Shown here: piece after piece, positions 13,060-26,590 of the stretch
Numbering within the stretch: position 1 is the stretch's first letter
Layout: every line of letters starts with the position of its first letter
Origin: Camelus ferus
Lineage: Eukaryota
Assembly (NCBI RefSeq): GCF_009834535.1
Contig: NC_045697.1
Coordinates: 88,352,001-88,416,000, forward strand
Direction of reading: 5' to 3'
Length of the DNA: 64,000 bases
Translations under genes and position numbers: made by a program
The notes under the pieces: generated by a model
Told to the model about the DNA's origin: nothing
What the model saw: the letters and a program-made list of their open reading frames with translations, nothing else
The model's database searches: none

Positions 13060-13448
13060 TTTTATAGACTAATTTTGTCTCCTCCCTCTCCCTAATTTCA
13101 TATGTTGAAGTTTTCATCCCCATGTGACCTTACTTAAAAATAGGGCCTTTTGGGAAGCAATTAAGGTTCAGTGGGGTTGTAAGGTGAGGCCTTAATCCAA
13201 TAGGACTGGTGTCCACATAAGAAGAGGAAGAGACACCAGGGGTGTCTATGAACAGAAGAAAGGCCATGCGAGGACGCAGTGAGAAGGCAGCTGTGTCCAC
13301 AAGGCAAGGAGAGAGATCTCACTGGGAACCAACCTTGTCGGCACCCTGATCCTGGACTTCCAGCCTCCACAACCACGAGAATGTACTTTTCTGTTGTTGA
13401 AGCCCTATTCTGTGGAGTTCTGTTGTAGCAGCCCAGCAGTCTGACACA
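13060..13448 (+). mobile_element. MaLR solo LTR (MLT1A-like)
   Basis: catatgttgaag...taatccaataggactggtgtcc...ggacttccagcctcca...ctgacaca. Confidence 0.85.
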
Positions 13449-13629
13449 GCCCGCGGAGCTTCCTGTGCATAGCTCATCAGTTTTTGGTTTTTTTTTTCAA
13501 TAGTAAATCCAAAACTAAACAACAGCAACAATATCCACTCATTAGCACACCTAGCAATGTGAAGGTGCGATTACTGGCTTGTGTCCTTAACTCCAAATTT
13601 CTGGAAATATTAGGGCAGGTTCAGTGTTT

Positions 13630-14090
13630 CTTAACTCCAATTTCTTACCTCCCATTTTCTCTGAAACATCTAGTCATCCAGCCTCTACCTTCACAACCCT
13701 TCCAAAACCATTTCTGGTTATGTCGTTAATGACCTGCTAATGAGCCACTCCTCACTCCTCATTTAATCAGTCTTACCATGTCAGAAAGACATGGTTGAAC
13801 AGCCCCTTATTTCCAACTTGGTTTATCTCACAAACCTTTGACTATCTCTTCTAGTCTTCTTTTGCTGGTTCATTTTCATCCATGTTTCCCTTAAAGGTGG
13901 ACATACCCCAGGGTTCCAGCCATTGTCCTCGTCTCTCTTCACATGTTCTCATTCGCACCTTCAACTTCTGCTACTGTCTATATGTGAAGGACCCCCCAGG
14001 TGGGTATGCCCGGTCCTGCCTATCTTCTCTGCACCATGCTCTCCACTTGGATTTCACACAGGATTTCGAATTCAATATGTTCCAAATAGA
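13630..14090 (+). mobile_element. L2 LINE reverse-transcriptase remnant
   Basis: ORF 13882-14100 reads VDIPQGS...YCLYVKD, a decayed GVPQGS and YHLYADD RT motif pair. Confidence 0.75.
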
Positions 14091-14997
14091 ATGCCAATAA
14101 CAATGTTAAAATAGAGGAAATTACACACTGAGAAAATCGAAGGGAGATAATGTAGACCTTAGAGTAAATATTTTTCCAGTGCAACTTTGCTAAAGATAAG
14201 GAAAGCTAAACAAAAGGCAGCAAAGCCCTCCAGCCTGCAGTTCTGAGGAAGAGGCGGGTGGATTGGATGATTTTAAGTGTAAGTGATCTCTAGATTTTAT
14301 ATTCTTTTTATCAGGGGCAGAACTAAAATTATGAAACCCTATATTACGGAGACAGGTTAGAGAGACACCCTTAGGTGTTTTCAAGTAAACAGTAAGGTAA
14401 CTTGTTACTATCAGTCACTTACATATGCTTTTTTCCTCCAGATCATTTCCGTCTGGTCTTAAGTTTTTTTGTCTCAGAATACCTTCACACTTTTAAAAAT
14501 TCCTAAAGCAGCTAAAGAACTGTGTTTATATAGATTATATCTGCAGATATTTACTATATTGGAAATTAAAACAGGATATGTAAATACATTATGTTTAAAT
14601 AACAACCATAAACCCATTACATTTAAATATAAATGACATAATTTTATAAAAAATAAGTATATTTTCCAAAAAAAATCGTGATAGAGGTCAATGTTTTGTA
14701 TTTTGCAAATGTCTTTAATGTTTGGTTTTATAAAAGCAGCTGGATTCTCCTATGTGCCTATGCATGTACTCTTATGATATGCTGTGTTGGTTGAAGTATG
14801 TAAAAATAATCTAGCCTCCCACAAATATGTAATGGGAAAAGAGAAAGTATTTTAAGAGCTTTTTCGGATGTTTAATATTCTCTTTTATACTATACCAAAA
14901 CTCGGCAAATGGTAACAACTTAAAGCTTTAGTTTGAGTATGGAGTCTGAATCCTCATCAATGAACTTTTCGTTCTCTGTTATAATAAAGTTAATTGG

Positions 14998-15354
14998 TGT
15001 CTTAGTCTGTATGGGATGCTATAAGCATAGCATAGAACACCATGGACTGAGGGGCTTAGAAACAACAGAAATTTACTTGTCGTAGTTCTGGAGTCTGGGG
15101 TGGGGGCAGGATCAAAGCGCTTGCAGATCTGGTGTTTGGTGAGAGTCTACTTACTGATTCGTGGGCAGCAATCTTGCTCTGGGCCCTTGTATGTCATAAG
15201 GGGCAAGGGTGCTCTCTGGGTCTCTTTTATAAGAGCACAAATCCACAGAGATGCCCTAATCATCTCCGAAAGTCTCCACGTCCAAATACGAGCATATTGG
15301 GGATTAGGTTTCAACATACAGATTTTGGGGGACACAAACATTCAGTCTATAGCA
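14998..15354 (-). mobile_element. MaLR solo LTR (MLT1A0-like)
   Basis: tgtcttagtc...gggattaggtttcaacata...gggggacacaaacattcagtctatagca; TG...CA termini. Confidence 0.9.
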
Positions 15355-15589
15355 CTTGATTGATCTTGAACTTCGAATTGATCTTTTATTCGTGCATGAT
15401 TTTATAACATCATGCATTGATCATTTGGAAAAATATGAACTCACTGAGTTATCCAAACACATTTCATTGTACAACATCCAAAAGAAATCTCATTTGTTAA
15501 CATCAACACAATTCACATCAGAAACATTGGTCAAGTTCACAGAGGTGGAATTTAGTATTCCAAAATTCTGTTTTTAGTTTGAAGGCTTA

Positions 15590-15613
15590 TTTTTTTTTAA
15601 TTTTTTAAAATCT

Positions 15614-15644
<31 letters not shown>

Positions 15645-15761
15645 AAAATTAAAAAAAAAATTTAGGGGTAGGTAATTAGGTTTACTTGGTAATTTTTTAG
15701 AGGAGATACTGGGTATTGAACCCAGGACCTTGTATATGCTAAGCATGAGCTATACCCTCCC
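15590..15761 (-). mobile_element. Camelid tRNA-derived SINE (Vic-1-like)
   Basis: Minus strand GGGAGGGTATAGCTCA..TGCTTAGCATATACAAGGTCCTGGGTTCAATACCCAG (B-box) ..AAACCTAATTACC, then A-rich/(TAAA)n tail; TSD tgaaggctta (15580-15589) / tgaaagctta (15765-15774); part of the A-box deleted. Confidence 0.85.
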
Positions 15762-16029
15762 TGCTGAAAGCTTAAATGTTGTCATTGGCAATAAATACTA
15801 TCTCCTAGTTTCCTTAAAGCAATAGGCTGACCTTATTCATTTCTGAAAAAAATATCTCCCAGGTATCCAAGTTTGAATAATCCTTGTTTGTCTATGCGTT
15901 GTTCTTTCAATTGAAAATGGTGTTCCAGGAAAAAGAGTGGCCAGTTCAACTTGCAACTCACATCACACATGAGACGGATATTTTTACTTGCTGAACTTCA
16001 AATATAGGTTTTATAACACTTTATTATTT

Positions 16030-16155
16030 TACAAGTCTGTCTTCCCCGCCTATAATATAAACATTTGAAAGGCAGGAAATCAGTTTTATTGATTTATTAT
16101 CAGTGCCTGCACAGTACTTGCCCACAATGGTTCTTAAATGTGCGTGGAATTAATA
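16030..16155 (+). mobile_element. L2 3' tail
   Basis: gtctgtcttcccc...tgaaaggcaggaa...cagtgcctgcacagtact. Confidence 0.6.
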
Positions 16156-16752
16156 TAAGATTTTTTGATTCTTTCATGAATAAAAGGAGCTATTTCAGAG
16201 TCGTCACTATAATGGTTTAAAAATATAATGTATATCTCCTTTATTCATTCATTTCTCTCTTCTTTTTTGATTGTACCACTAACATGAAGAAAATGAAAAT
16301 GAAAGAATAGGATGAAAACAATTATGTTTTAATAATACAAAAATTGAATCCTAATCTTCAGTATCCATATGTACACATTGGAAATGGGCAGTGAATCTGG
16401 CTCTTTTTATGAGTGTGCTATTAGCCTTTGAGAGTTAATTAATAGAGACATAAATTAACTCCATATAAGTGAAAAAGAAAAAAAGATAATGACAAATACA
16501 GTTAGATCCCTGCATGCTAATGAGTGAGTTAGCAGAAAAGTATAAAAGATCTTGCTCTTGCTTTTATTATTTATATACTTCACATTTTTAATAAATATAC
16601 AAAAAAGTCAAATGCTTAATAGGACAAGATAAGGATGAGTGATCACATGCATGCACTTGCTTATGAAATTTCCCTACAGTAATTTCTTTATCACTTACGT
16701 GGACTTGGGGGCAAGAGATCTCAATTGGTTATAATGTATAGGCATTTAATCA

Positions 16753-16790
16753 TGTGTGTGTGTGTGAGAGTGTGTGTGTGTGTATGTGTA
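16753..16790. repeat. Imperfect (TG)n microsatellite
   Basis: Seen directly. Confidence 0.9.
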
Positions 16791-17429
16791 TACTCAAGTG
16801 CATGCCTATATATATGTGCACATAAATATCAAATTTCTTAAACTTTAAATTAAGAAATATGAATTCATAAAACCTGAAATCAATCAGCCACCCAACAACA
16901 TTCCTTTAATTGTCTACTCGCAATCCTGTTAGATTTTGTGGGAGAATAAAATGTTAATTTACAGCACCGTTTGACTTGAAGTAGTTTATCTGGTAATTGG
17001 AAAAAGAAAACACATGCTAATAAAATAACAAAAGACTATCTCTAGAATATAACATGAAATAAAGTCACCACCACATTTAAGACTATTATTTACAAGTTGA
17101 AATCAAACAAAATGCCTTACCACTAGTTGCATCCAATTTAACTTTATAAGTTCAACATGATCATAGCGGTTTATTAACAATAAACCACTGATTATATTAA
17201 TTTTATAAATGTTTCAAGTGTATACAGTGAGGAATATTTTTACTTTAATAAATTCATTTTCCCCATAGTATTTAATATAGTTGTGTTCTATGTTTCTACA
17301 TTGCTTTTATAGAAATAGCTATATAGTAAGTCGAGTCTTTTTGAATTAAATATATGTACTATTAACAATTGACATCTAGTGGGAAAAAATGTGTCTATAC
17401 TAGACACCTCAGTAACACTGGTAATGAGA

Positions 17430-18079
17430 AGACAGCACGAGGTGGCCACATTTTCGATCATGAGACCATATGATTTTAGTTCACTGGATCAAGAATGAAC
17501 AGCTTGCCCAAGTCAGGAAATTTATAGATTAGCCAGGAAGCTTTTAAGGTGAACAAGCCTGAAAAGCTCTGTGAAACCCAGCAAGATTGGGCCAATAACA
17601 CTATATATTATGGAGCATTTTTTAAGATCTACTGAGAAAATCAGGTAGGTAACCGCGGGAGCTGGAAATGAATGGGTGCTGAGAGCCTGGAGATTCAAAT
17701 AAGGACCGTGATGGGTCATGTTAAGATGTTTAAGAACCAGAAATTATCAGGTATAAACTATAAAGTAGAAAAAAATAGAACAATAAAATCAGTTTGTAGT
17801 AGAAATAAAAATGACTCAAAGAAGAAGAATGAGAAAGGAGGTAGCAGGCTCATATTCACTGCCTGTCTCAAAGGGGAAGAGCCATAAGTTCTTGCTTCTC
17901 AAGTCCCTACTGTTGCCTTGAATCTAGTTCCAGTCCCCTTATGTCCTGATTTCTGCTCTGGATCTTTCTCATGTATTTCAGTGTAAGCCTCATCTTTCTT
18001 ACTGAGCCTTATATTAAACCTCCCTTACTGGAGCATGTTTAAATGACTTGTTTTTGGCAGCCAAAAGTCTGACCAAACA
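17430..18079 (+). mobile_element. Old ERVL-class LTR (LTR16/LTR33-like)
   Basis: 3' end attaaacctccctt...ttggcagccaaaagtctgaccaaaca; 5' boundary uncertain. Confidence 0.4.
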
Positions 18080-18519
18080 TTCAACAATGCTTGAGATGCA
18101 AAGATATCTCTGCAGCTACAGAGTTCAGTCATCTGAAGTAGGACAAACATAAATGACTCAAAATGTTTCAGAAAGAAAGAATCATTATTTTTACAACAGA
18201 GATCATATGTTACTAATTTTCATCACCCTGCGAATCTATAAATCCAGACATAAACTTTCTTGACTTTAGTTTTTTGTTTGCAAAAGGCTGCTAGACAACA
18301 TCATTTGAACGCCTCATAGCATTCTTCCTTGGCCTTTTACTATTTTCTACTAAAACAAGAATCTTTTTGTCTTCCTATTATTAGTTAATGTCTCTATGAT
18401 GCAGCCAATGATGTTAGGTTGGTACCCTAGTGTCATCATTTATTTCAGTTTTGCCAACTCCAACAGGCAGACAGAGCCCATGGATTGGTCTTCCCCTTGC
18501 CTTCTTTTTTGGTAACAGC

Positions 18520-19145
18520 TGATCTTTTTCCTAAGTAAGCCCTGATAACCATTTAAATGGCCTCCCTGCTAAACCAGCTTCAAAATTAATCTCAGTAAGA
18601 ACAGATCCTGTGGGTCATTCATTCCCTTTCTCAGATACCCTCAGTAGGTTCCCGTTATTTACTAAGTCAAGTCCCGATTCCCTGGCCTCTTTAAAAGTCA
18701 AATTGTAGTTTTCCAAAATTACTGCTTATCACTACTTTAAATACAATTTTCACATCAGTCAAACTGGGTAACCATGAGATGTTTCTACAAGGTTTGCCCT
18801 CCTGCCCATTCTCTTCTCTCTACTTAGAATGCTCTCCCCAAATTTTCTATCAAAATCCTTTCCCTTCTTTTGGTATAATTTAAATCCCACCTTTTATTTT
18901 CAATTATATTTACTGAAACTTGTCACTAAATATAATCTCTTTCTTACCTGAATTCTCCTAATCATTCTGAACATCTCTTAAGATACAAACTGATTATTTG
19001 TGTAGTATATTGCCACTCTCCTGCTCAATTGTAAGCTTCTGAAGGGTGGGGAGCATGCATATTCATTATTGCACTGTCCACCCCCACCCATTACTCTGCC
19101 TTGGCATTGTTATTCCTCTGCAAGAATGTTGAATAAATAAATGTA
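18520..19145 (+). mobile_element. L2 3' fragment
   Basis: aatggcctccctgct, tagaatgctctcccc, attgtaagcttctgaagg and terminal tgttgaataaataaatg. Confidence 0.7.
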
Positions 19146-19204
19146 CTATGACTAACACAGAGAGCCACTGAGCTGCTTTTATAAAAAGCAACCTCATTTA
19201 ATAT

Positions 19205-20075
19205 ACCCACAACATGATATTTTCATTTTAATTCAAATGAACATATCTTCCTATCCCACACAAATCTGTTTCTCCTCCTGGATTCCCTCTTACTGTTTGG
19301 CTACATAATCCACTTGGTTGTCCAAGTCAAAAATGTAGGAATCACTTTACCCATCTTCCTTTACTTTACTCTTCATATTAAACTCCACCTCCCGACCCCC
19401 AACTTATCTTTTCTATCTGTTCTTACTTCTCCTCACTGTTACTAAATGGTTCAGCTTCTCTCTCTCTCTTCTGGTCTTCCTACTTTCAGTCTCAAACTTC
19501 TGCAATCCATCTTCTAAACTATTGAAAAAGTAATCTTTTGAATATAAAAAAAATCTGATCACTATATTCCTTTGTTAAAATGTTTTCTCCCCCATTGGCT
19601 GCCTTTAAACTATGTAAAACTGAGCTCTTCTGAATAATTCTTCATGATATGGCCCCTAACTAGCATTCCTAATTATCTCTTAGCTTTATCCCCTAATATA
19701 CACTTTGTACATACTAAATTACTTGAGATTTGTATGCTTCCAGACCTTTGGAAGCATTTTATGTGGAATACTGCCTTCCTACATCTTCAGTTCACCATAA
19801 AAACTCCTACATAACCTTCAGCTTTAAGTTTCTTTGTGAAACCTTTGCTGAACTCCTTCAGCAGTCTTAGGTCTTCTTTCCTCTGTGTTTAGACTGGATG
19901 TCAGGCCTAGTGCATTAAAGCAGTCATGTTGCGTTTGTCTACGCTGCCATTAGACTCCTCGGGGACACAGATTGATTTTTTTTAAAGGCGTATACCTTTA
20001 GAATCTGGTGGAATACATTTCATGCAGATATTCGATAGGAACATTATAAGTTCTTGTGAAAGAATTGATGAACAA
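19205..20075 (+). mobile_element. Second L2 3' fragment
   Basis: tccaagtcaaaaatgtaggaatca, ctggtcttcctactttcagtctc, aatctgatcac, tagactcctcggggaca. Confidence 0.65.
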
Positions 20076-21109
20076 ATTAATATAAATTATAAGAAAGAGA
20101 ACCTCCATATTGCTTAAATTTTAATTTATATATTCCATTGTCAGTAATTGTCAAATCATCCTTTGGGATATAAGAGGAGCATTAAGCATTATCTGTGTTC
20201 TTTGCAAAGGAATTGCCGTGAATAAAAATCATAACATGAATCAACAATAATATAACCCGAATGTTTATTCCTTAAGTAATAAAAAGTAAAATGAGTAAAC
20301 ATCACTGAATATAAAATACTAGATTATGCTTAAATTTACATTGTCATGAAATAAAAAAAAACACATATAGAACATTTTGTACTTTCAAAATGTGACACCC
20401 TGAAATACTTATATGTCCCTTTTCAACGATGAGAAAATTGAGTTGGCTTTTTTCAATAATGATTGTCATCATTTTTGTCATGTCAATGCCCTTAAAATCT
20501 ATGCAGGTTAGAGATAAAGGCCAAAATAATGTCTATCCCTTAGCAAAACTAAGCCATTAGTAAAAACTTTATTATAGTATTAAGAAGTATTATTCTTCAA
20601 TAAAAAGTGAATGTATTGTATATCACAACAGTTGAATTGGCTCCCACTTTAGACCAGAAACACTCAAGTATTTTAGAGAATTAATAAGGTCCATAAATAT
20701 TACTTTCATCAAGTTATAATCTCTATTTCTCCATTACAGCTAAATTTATATTCATTTCACATTCTACTTTGGAGACATAAGTCAGAATTTTAAACATAAT
20801 TAATACAATTAACTTTTAAGGATATTTCAATGTATTAACTATCCAGAGTTAAGACAGGATCTTTGGCATCGAAGTATATATCCCAATATCAACAGTTTAT
20901 GCCAAGGACACTAGAATAAAGAAAAATGAACAATAGGATTTTTTAATGAACGGAAGTACCTTGGTTTTAATGTCTGAAAAGAAAAGTTCCAATATAGTAC
21001 ACTGTAAAATATTCACTTTATCTTAAAATGATCATGAAAGACTATGATACCAAGATGATTCACATGTTTGTTTTATAGCTTTATAAATCAAACTTAATCA
21101 TCTATTAAT

Positions 21110-21320
21110 ATAAAATTCTAATTCTTGAGCTTTTATTGCAAAGAACTGTGCTGCATCCTAAAAGCACATTATTTTAGTTAATTATCACAATTCTCTGAAG
21201 TAAGTCCTATTACCACTGTTACCAGTGAGGCATAGATGAAAAAAAACTTCCCATGGTCATGCAAAGTAATAGTGGGTTTGCAACGAAATAGTCTGAATCC
21301 AGTCTATATACTTTATTGCT
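21110..21320 (-). mobile_element. MIR SINE
   Basis: gaactgtgct...tcacaattctctgaagtaag...cttcccatggtcat...gtctgaatccag. Confidence 0.6.
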
Positions 21321-24160
21321 CAGTTATATTAGCCTACGTATAATTTTATTTTAGATCAACATTGGAAGGTGTTCAAGAGAAGTACATAGCAACCTGGTAG
21401 TGATTTTACAGAAGAGATTAAACATTAGATGGAAGTGGATTAAGCAAAAATGTAAGTATGATTCCATCCTTGTAATTCTAGTAAAAATGCCTGCAATGAA
21501 AACCATTGATAATATAATGTCATACAGGGAGTTTAACTGATAAGGTTGCTTATATTGCTTTTAAAACATGTACAAATAAATTAGTTTTGAAAGAAATCAT
21601 ATTAAAGGATCTATTTTAAAGAATCTGTCTGTCTCCTGTTTATGGTAAAGAGAATTACATTCATTTATTTCATAAGGACATGGCTTATCGAATTTGGTCC
21701 CTCATTTCTCTTAATTAATATTATCTGGGGAATCATTTTGACATGAACAACCAGGCAATGTCTTTTGTTGCCTTTGGTGATACTTACTATTGGATCTATG
21801 ATGACTTGTTTGTAATTTTCACTGCATAAACTGTCCACCCTGCTCGACTGTCCCCTGCAGGAGATGGTGGCAAACTATGGATCAGGACCAGTCTGTTAAA
21901 ACAGAGACCTCTTGGGCACATTGCTATGCTAATTTATATTAGTAAAAAAAAGAAATCTTAAAGGACTATCAATCTTTTAAAAAAAATCCCATTTAGCTAA
22001 TAAGAGATACTAGGGTCAGTGAACTGTGTAGGCTCAGGAAAATGACAGTCTAGTCATTGTAATGGACTGAAGATGACAAGCACAGATTGTAAGAACTGTT
22101 CCAGTGACCTGTATCATACGATGCTCAGCTTTGTTATGACAGTTTTGCACAGAGTACCTGCCAAAAGAATATACTATTACATATTTTCTTAAGAAATGTG
22201 TGTTTATATTGCATTAAAAGAAGAAAGGATGTCTCAATAAGACATTAGAAGATGAATCCCCCGCATTAGTTTTTTCATAAGCCCCCAATGTGGGGGAAAT
22301 GGTAAAATATGCTTGCTGAGTAACTGGAGTTTTCAGCATTACCTGTATTTGTAATTTTTAAGTTCTCTCTAGTTTGGCAGATGCATTTAATTAAATCAGA
22401 GGATTAGAAAATGAAACAATGAAAGCTACTCTGCAGGAAAGGCTCTGGATAAAGAAATGTATGCAAGGTCCTGTTTGCTTTCGGTTACAGCCATGTTCTA
22501 AAAACACTGTGGCTAAATCCATGTTACCCTTTCTTGACTCCTTTGGACGTTTTCTGACTTTTGTTTTCTTAATAGGAAAATAAAAATTGAATATTTTTTT
22601 ATTGTTCATTTGAATTCTCTTTTCTATGTAGTCAATAAGCATTCTTCTGTTTCCTAAAAAAAAAAAGTGTAATATAGTCCACACACTATAAGCATAGCTA
22701 ACATTCAAAAACACATTTAAAGTGACGTCCTTCATGAACACTGAGCACAGGCACTGAGAGACAAAGACATGACGTGGCTCCATTTGGACTCTCCTTCCTC
22801 TTGGCCCAAGCCACTTCCCAGGGTGCTCTGATGTCCACAATCTTATCTTCCTATTCTAGGCCAGACAGATGTATTTATCAGCTAGTGCTGTAAACTATTT
22901 GCTTTATAATTAATATCTTTAAGGTCTGGATGTTGACAGTAAGAATAACATTTAAACTGCTAAACATGTCGCTGTCAATATACTAAAAACTGAAGGCCAT
23001 ACAATGTGTCCAGGGTCACCATACTATATCTCTCATTTTCCCAGTAAAATGTGTCCATTTGGATAGTGGTGTTTTTGGAAACAAAAGGGGAAATTAAATA
23101 AACTCTGTTTTGCGGTTCTGTGCCAACCTCTGTTCAAATGTATTGATTTTGACAACCCAGTACAAGAACTTTCCAGTCATCTAGCTTGTTTAGGGGAACC
23201 AGAAAGACTACAGGAGACTACCATGACGTAGGTGGGAACTACCAACGACTGCAATGTGAATTACCAGCTACTTCTCCAAGAGAATGATTTGTTTAGTGTA
23301 TTTTAAAAAATTAGTAGTAACTGTTCTAAATGCAAATGCAAAATCAATGATTCTTTGTTGCAAGTTGTATACTGAATATTCAGTATAGTTTGGCATTTTA
23401 TTTTGAAGGTCTGTGTTATAAAACATCAGCTCACATCTTAAGCTTATCAATGCTCAGTTCCTGGTTCCCAACAGCCTACTTTCCTTGTTTATGAAAGACA
23501 TGCCATTGAGACCTCTTTTAACTCCCTGCTTTAGTTGACTTGAACGCAGAGTGGAGAAAAAGCCAGAGAGGCTAACACAGTGGTTTGTGTTCTCTTATTT
23601 TTCTCCAGCTCCTGCTTCACTACGGGCAATTTCCCTGTCATCAGAGAAGTGTCTTAATATACGATGATCTTGTTGTGTAAAATGTGCTTATATTTATCTG
23701 ACCATATTAAGAACTTCATTGAAAATATTTCAGAGGTCGTTGTTGAAGACCTTTTCATTCTCTAGATTAGAGCAGAGAAACCCAAAGTCCTTTGTGCAGC
23801 ACATCAAGAAAAAACTTTAAATCGGATTAGTAATGGGGTTAAATGAATGATGCAATGTGTTTGGAAAAGGAAAAAAAAAACAAAACCACAAACCAGTTCT
23901 CATTGATTTCTCGCTTTAATTCCGAGGCTACGACACTGCCGACGTGATTGAGCAAACTTTTCCTTTCTCCCTCCTTTAACTCCATTTTTGCTTGCAAATA
24001 AAATTCAACTTTAAAACCATTATTTGAAATCATTCTAATTGTACAACAAATGGGGCCAGAGACACATTTTAAGTAAAACCTGAACTTGGTGTCTTCCATT
24101 AGATATCACAGAATATGACTTAATGGAATTTTAATTTCAAGTCACAGGAAACGTAAACAC

Positions 24161-24240
24161 CAGGGGGATTTAAGATGAAGCTGATGAATCTTGAGTTTCA
24201 GCACTCCTCACTCACACGGTTCTGTTCTAAGGCCCAGTCC
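24161..24240 (+). mobile_element. hAT-Tip100 (Zaphod/MER115-like) terminal fragment
   Basis: ggatttaagatgaagctgatgaatcttgagtttcagcactcctcactcacacgg. Confidence 0.45.
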
Positions 24241-24444
24241 TTATTTATTTTTGAGTAACATTGTCTATTTCCACGAGGAAGCTATAATATTGAAAACACG
24301 GTTGCTTCCAGGATAAAATGTCCTGCTTTCTCACCAGTTCCTATACTTTCAAATTTTCTGTCTATTTTACAGCATTCATTCTAAGAGAAACTACCTTTTA
24401 TATCTCATAGAGGTTATTCATTTTTTTCTTGAACTGGCAATTAC

Positions 24445-24657
24445 ATTTTTATTTTTAAAATATCAACGTGAATGAAGCATAATTTGCATAATATAAAATG
24501 CCCAAATATTAATGGTACCACATTGACAAATGTATGTATATCCATGTAATCACCATCACAATGAAAATATAGACCATTTCCATCACTTGGAAAGTTCTGT
24601 CGAGCCCATGCCCCTCTCCATGCAAATACCCCTGCCTCAGGCAAACAATCTGATTTA
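24445..24657 (-). mobile_element. Old L1 (L1MC/ME-like) 3' end
   Basis: ataatttgcataatataaaatg...ccatgtaatcacca...catttccatcac. Confidence 0.75.
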
Positions 24658-25624
24658 TTATTTTATTATTTTAATTTATTTTTAAAAGACTTTTTGCCAA
24701 TGCAATTTTATATTTATTGAAATATATATACACATGTATTTATATTAAATGAGAAAATTCAGGCTTTGGGATACTATATAGAAGACATCATTTAAAACAC
24801 ACATAGCAGTGGGGATATTTACACCTCTGCTTTGTAATTTTTGGAAATAACGTTATTTTAATAAGCATACTATCTTGTGATTGTATGAACACACAATACA
24901 TCTCCACATTTTGAAAAAGAACTATACCCTAGAAATTTTTAGAATAACAAAAGAAATAAGTAAAGGATTATTGAGTGCTGTAGTGATTAGCAAAAGTTTC
25001 TTCAAAGAGGAGAGATGGGCACAGGAAGATAAAGCAAGGAGAATACTCTCTTCAAAAGTACTACATTTTCCCATGACTCATTTATCTCTCAAGTAATATA
25101 GTTGCAAACCCTTGATCTTGAAATGTAGGAGAAAAAACCCACATCAAAATAAGATGGGTTCCTATTTGGCAAATTGAAAGATTACAGCCTTCACTTGGAA
25201 GTGCATTCAGGTTTACCTGCAGGGAGGAAGTGTTGAACTGGGAAATAAACAATAGCAGAGCAATGCCATCAGCTCAAAGAAAGGTCAACTGAGGATGCGT
25301 CACACACAGGGCCAAATCCTGGCAGGGCCGTTTGATGAGGAGAAACAGAATACAAGGTTATCTCTTGGTTCTCTGAGAAAGGCCCAGTCTTACTACACCT
25401 TCCTCTGCAGTGGGCACTAGGCCCCACCTACTGTCTTCTTTCCCCTCACTTCCAGGAGCCAAGGTCAAGTCCACATGATCCGTCCTCACCTGGGCTACCC
25501 TGATAGCCTCACACCAGCTCTCAAGACTCTCCCTCTCAGTCCCAACTAAATGCTGTCCTTCCGAGACTCCCAACTGTCAAGTGCTCCCCACAACTTTCTA
25601 AACAGCCTGAAGGCTACAAATGTG

Positions 25625-25850
25625 CTGCTGGCAGATTACATCCTTAAATGTTTGTGGTTTTGTCTTTGCTCTTATTTTGCTTCCCATAGTGGTTAAAAAA
25701 AGTTTACTTGGGCCAGCCTTAAGATGTAGACTATTTCACACAAAATCCTAGCTCTTCCACTGGTCCTGAAAAGTTATATGATGAGCAACACTGAGCTCCC
25801 ATTCATGGGACACAAAATGTCCTGGAGCTGAAAGCCAGCTGCCCCATATC
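25625..25850 (+). mobile_element. MER102-like hAT-Charlie element
   Basis: atttcacacaaaatcc...gcaacactgagctccc...ctggagctga...gctgcccc. Confidence 0.55.
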
Positions 25851-25990
25851 AGTCCTGGCAGTGTCTTTGGTGACTTGCCTTCTTTCTCGCCTGCTCCCTC
25901 TTGCTCTCTCCCCTTCTCCCTCTCTCTCTCCCTCCCTCTGCTCTGTCTCTCTCAGTTTGCTTCACTTTTAAATTTTTATTCTTTTGAACC

Positions 25991-26335
25991 ATTTTTTAAT
26001 TGAAGTATAGTTAATTTACAATGTTGTGTTAATTTCAGGTGTACAGCAAGTGATTCAGTTACATATATATATTCTTTTTCAGATTTCTTCCCATTATAGG
26101 CTATTACAAGATACTGAATATAGTTCCCTATGCTTTACAGTAGGTCCTTGTGGTTAATCTACTTTATATATATTAGTATGTGTCTGTTAATCCCAAACTC
26201 CTAATTTTTCCCTCCCCACCTTTACCCTTTGGTAACCATAGTTTGTTTCCTGTGTCTGAGTCCATTTCTATTTTGTAAATAAGTTCATTTGTATCATTTT
26301 CTTAGATTCCACATATAAGTGATATCATTTGGTGA
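25991..26335 (-). mobile_element. Artiodactyl/camelid L1 3' end
   Basis: ttttttaattgaagtatagttaatttacaatgttgtg...tagattccacatataagtgatatc. Confidence 0.9.
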
Positions 26336-26349
26336 TATCAAATGGTGAA

Positions 26350-26590
26350 AGGTTTTTCTAGAGCAGTTTTAGGTTCACAGCAAATCTGAGAAGAAGGTGG
26401 AGAGATTTCACACATACCCCCTTTCCCTAACCATGCAGATCCTCCTCCAGTGTCAACATCTCCTACTAGAGTGCCAGTGAGTCCATCTGGTTCAGGAATT
26501 TTCATTATAGGACAATTCTTAATTAAAAATTCATTAAAAAAATTGGATATAGAACTATGCAGATTTTCTCTTTTTCTTGATTCAACTGTG
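26350..26590 (-). mobile_element. Older L1 pieces: L1MC-like 3' end plus ORF2 fragment
   Basis: agagcagttttaggttcacagcaaa; ORF 26338-26658 contains ENLHSSI...IKNCPIMKIPEPDGLTG, similar to L1 ORF2 ENLNRPI...KSPGPDGFTG. Confidence 0.75.

Larger units (their letters stand above)
14452..15975 (-). mobile_element. hAT-Charlie (Charlie1-like) DNA transposon, split by an MLT1A LTR and a SINE
   Basis: tttgtctcagaataccttcacacttttaaaaa terminus, ttttgcaaatgtctttaatg, gcagctggattctc; colinear continuation at 15355-15589 and 15762-15975. Confidence 0.8.

Noticed and set aside
15690..15761. tRNA-like sequence with a B-box
   Set aside because: SINE head with partial A-box deletion, A-rich tail and TSD; not a tRNA gene
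225..16709. 13-mer acgtggacttggg occurring at ~225 and ~16697
   Set aside because: An isolated short match without extension; expected by chance
22391..22840. Longest ORF (149 aa, minus strand)
   Set aside because: Non-ATG start, runs through A/T homopolymers, no recognisable domain or exon structure; chance ORF
23206..23245. Three ACTAC(A/C) repeats with TGACGT, reminiscent of ZNF143/CRE promoter motifs
   Set aside because: Lacks the TCCCA core in the right register and has no CpG-island context
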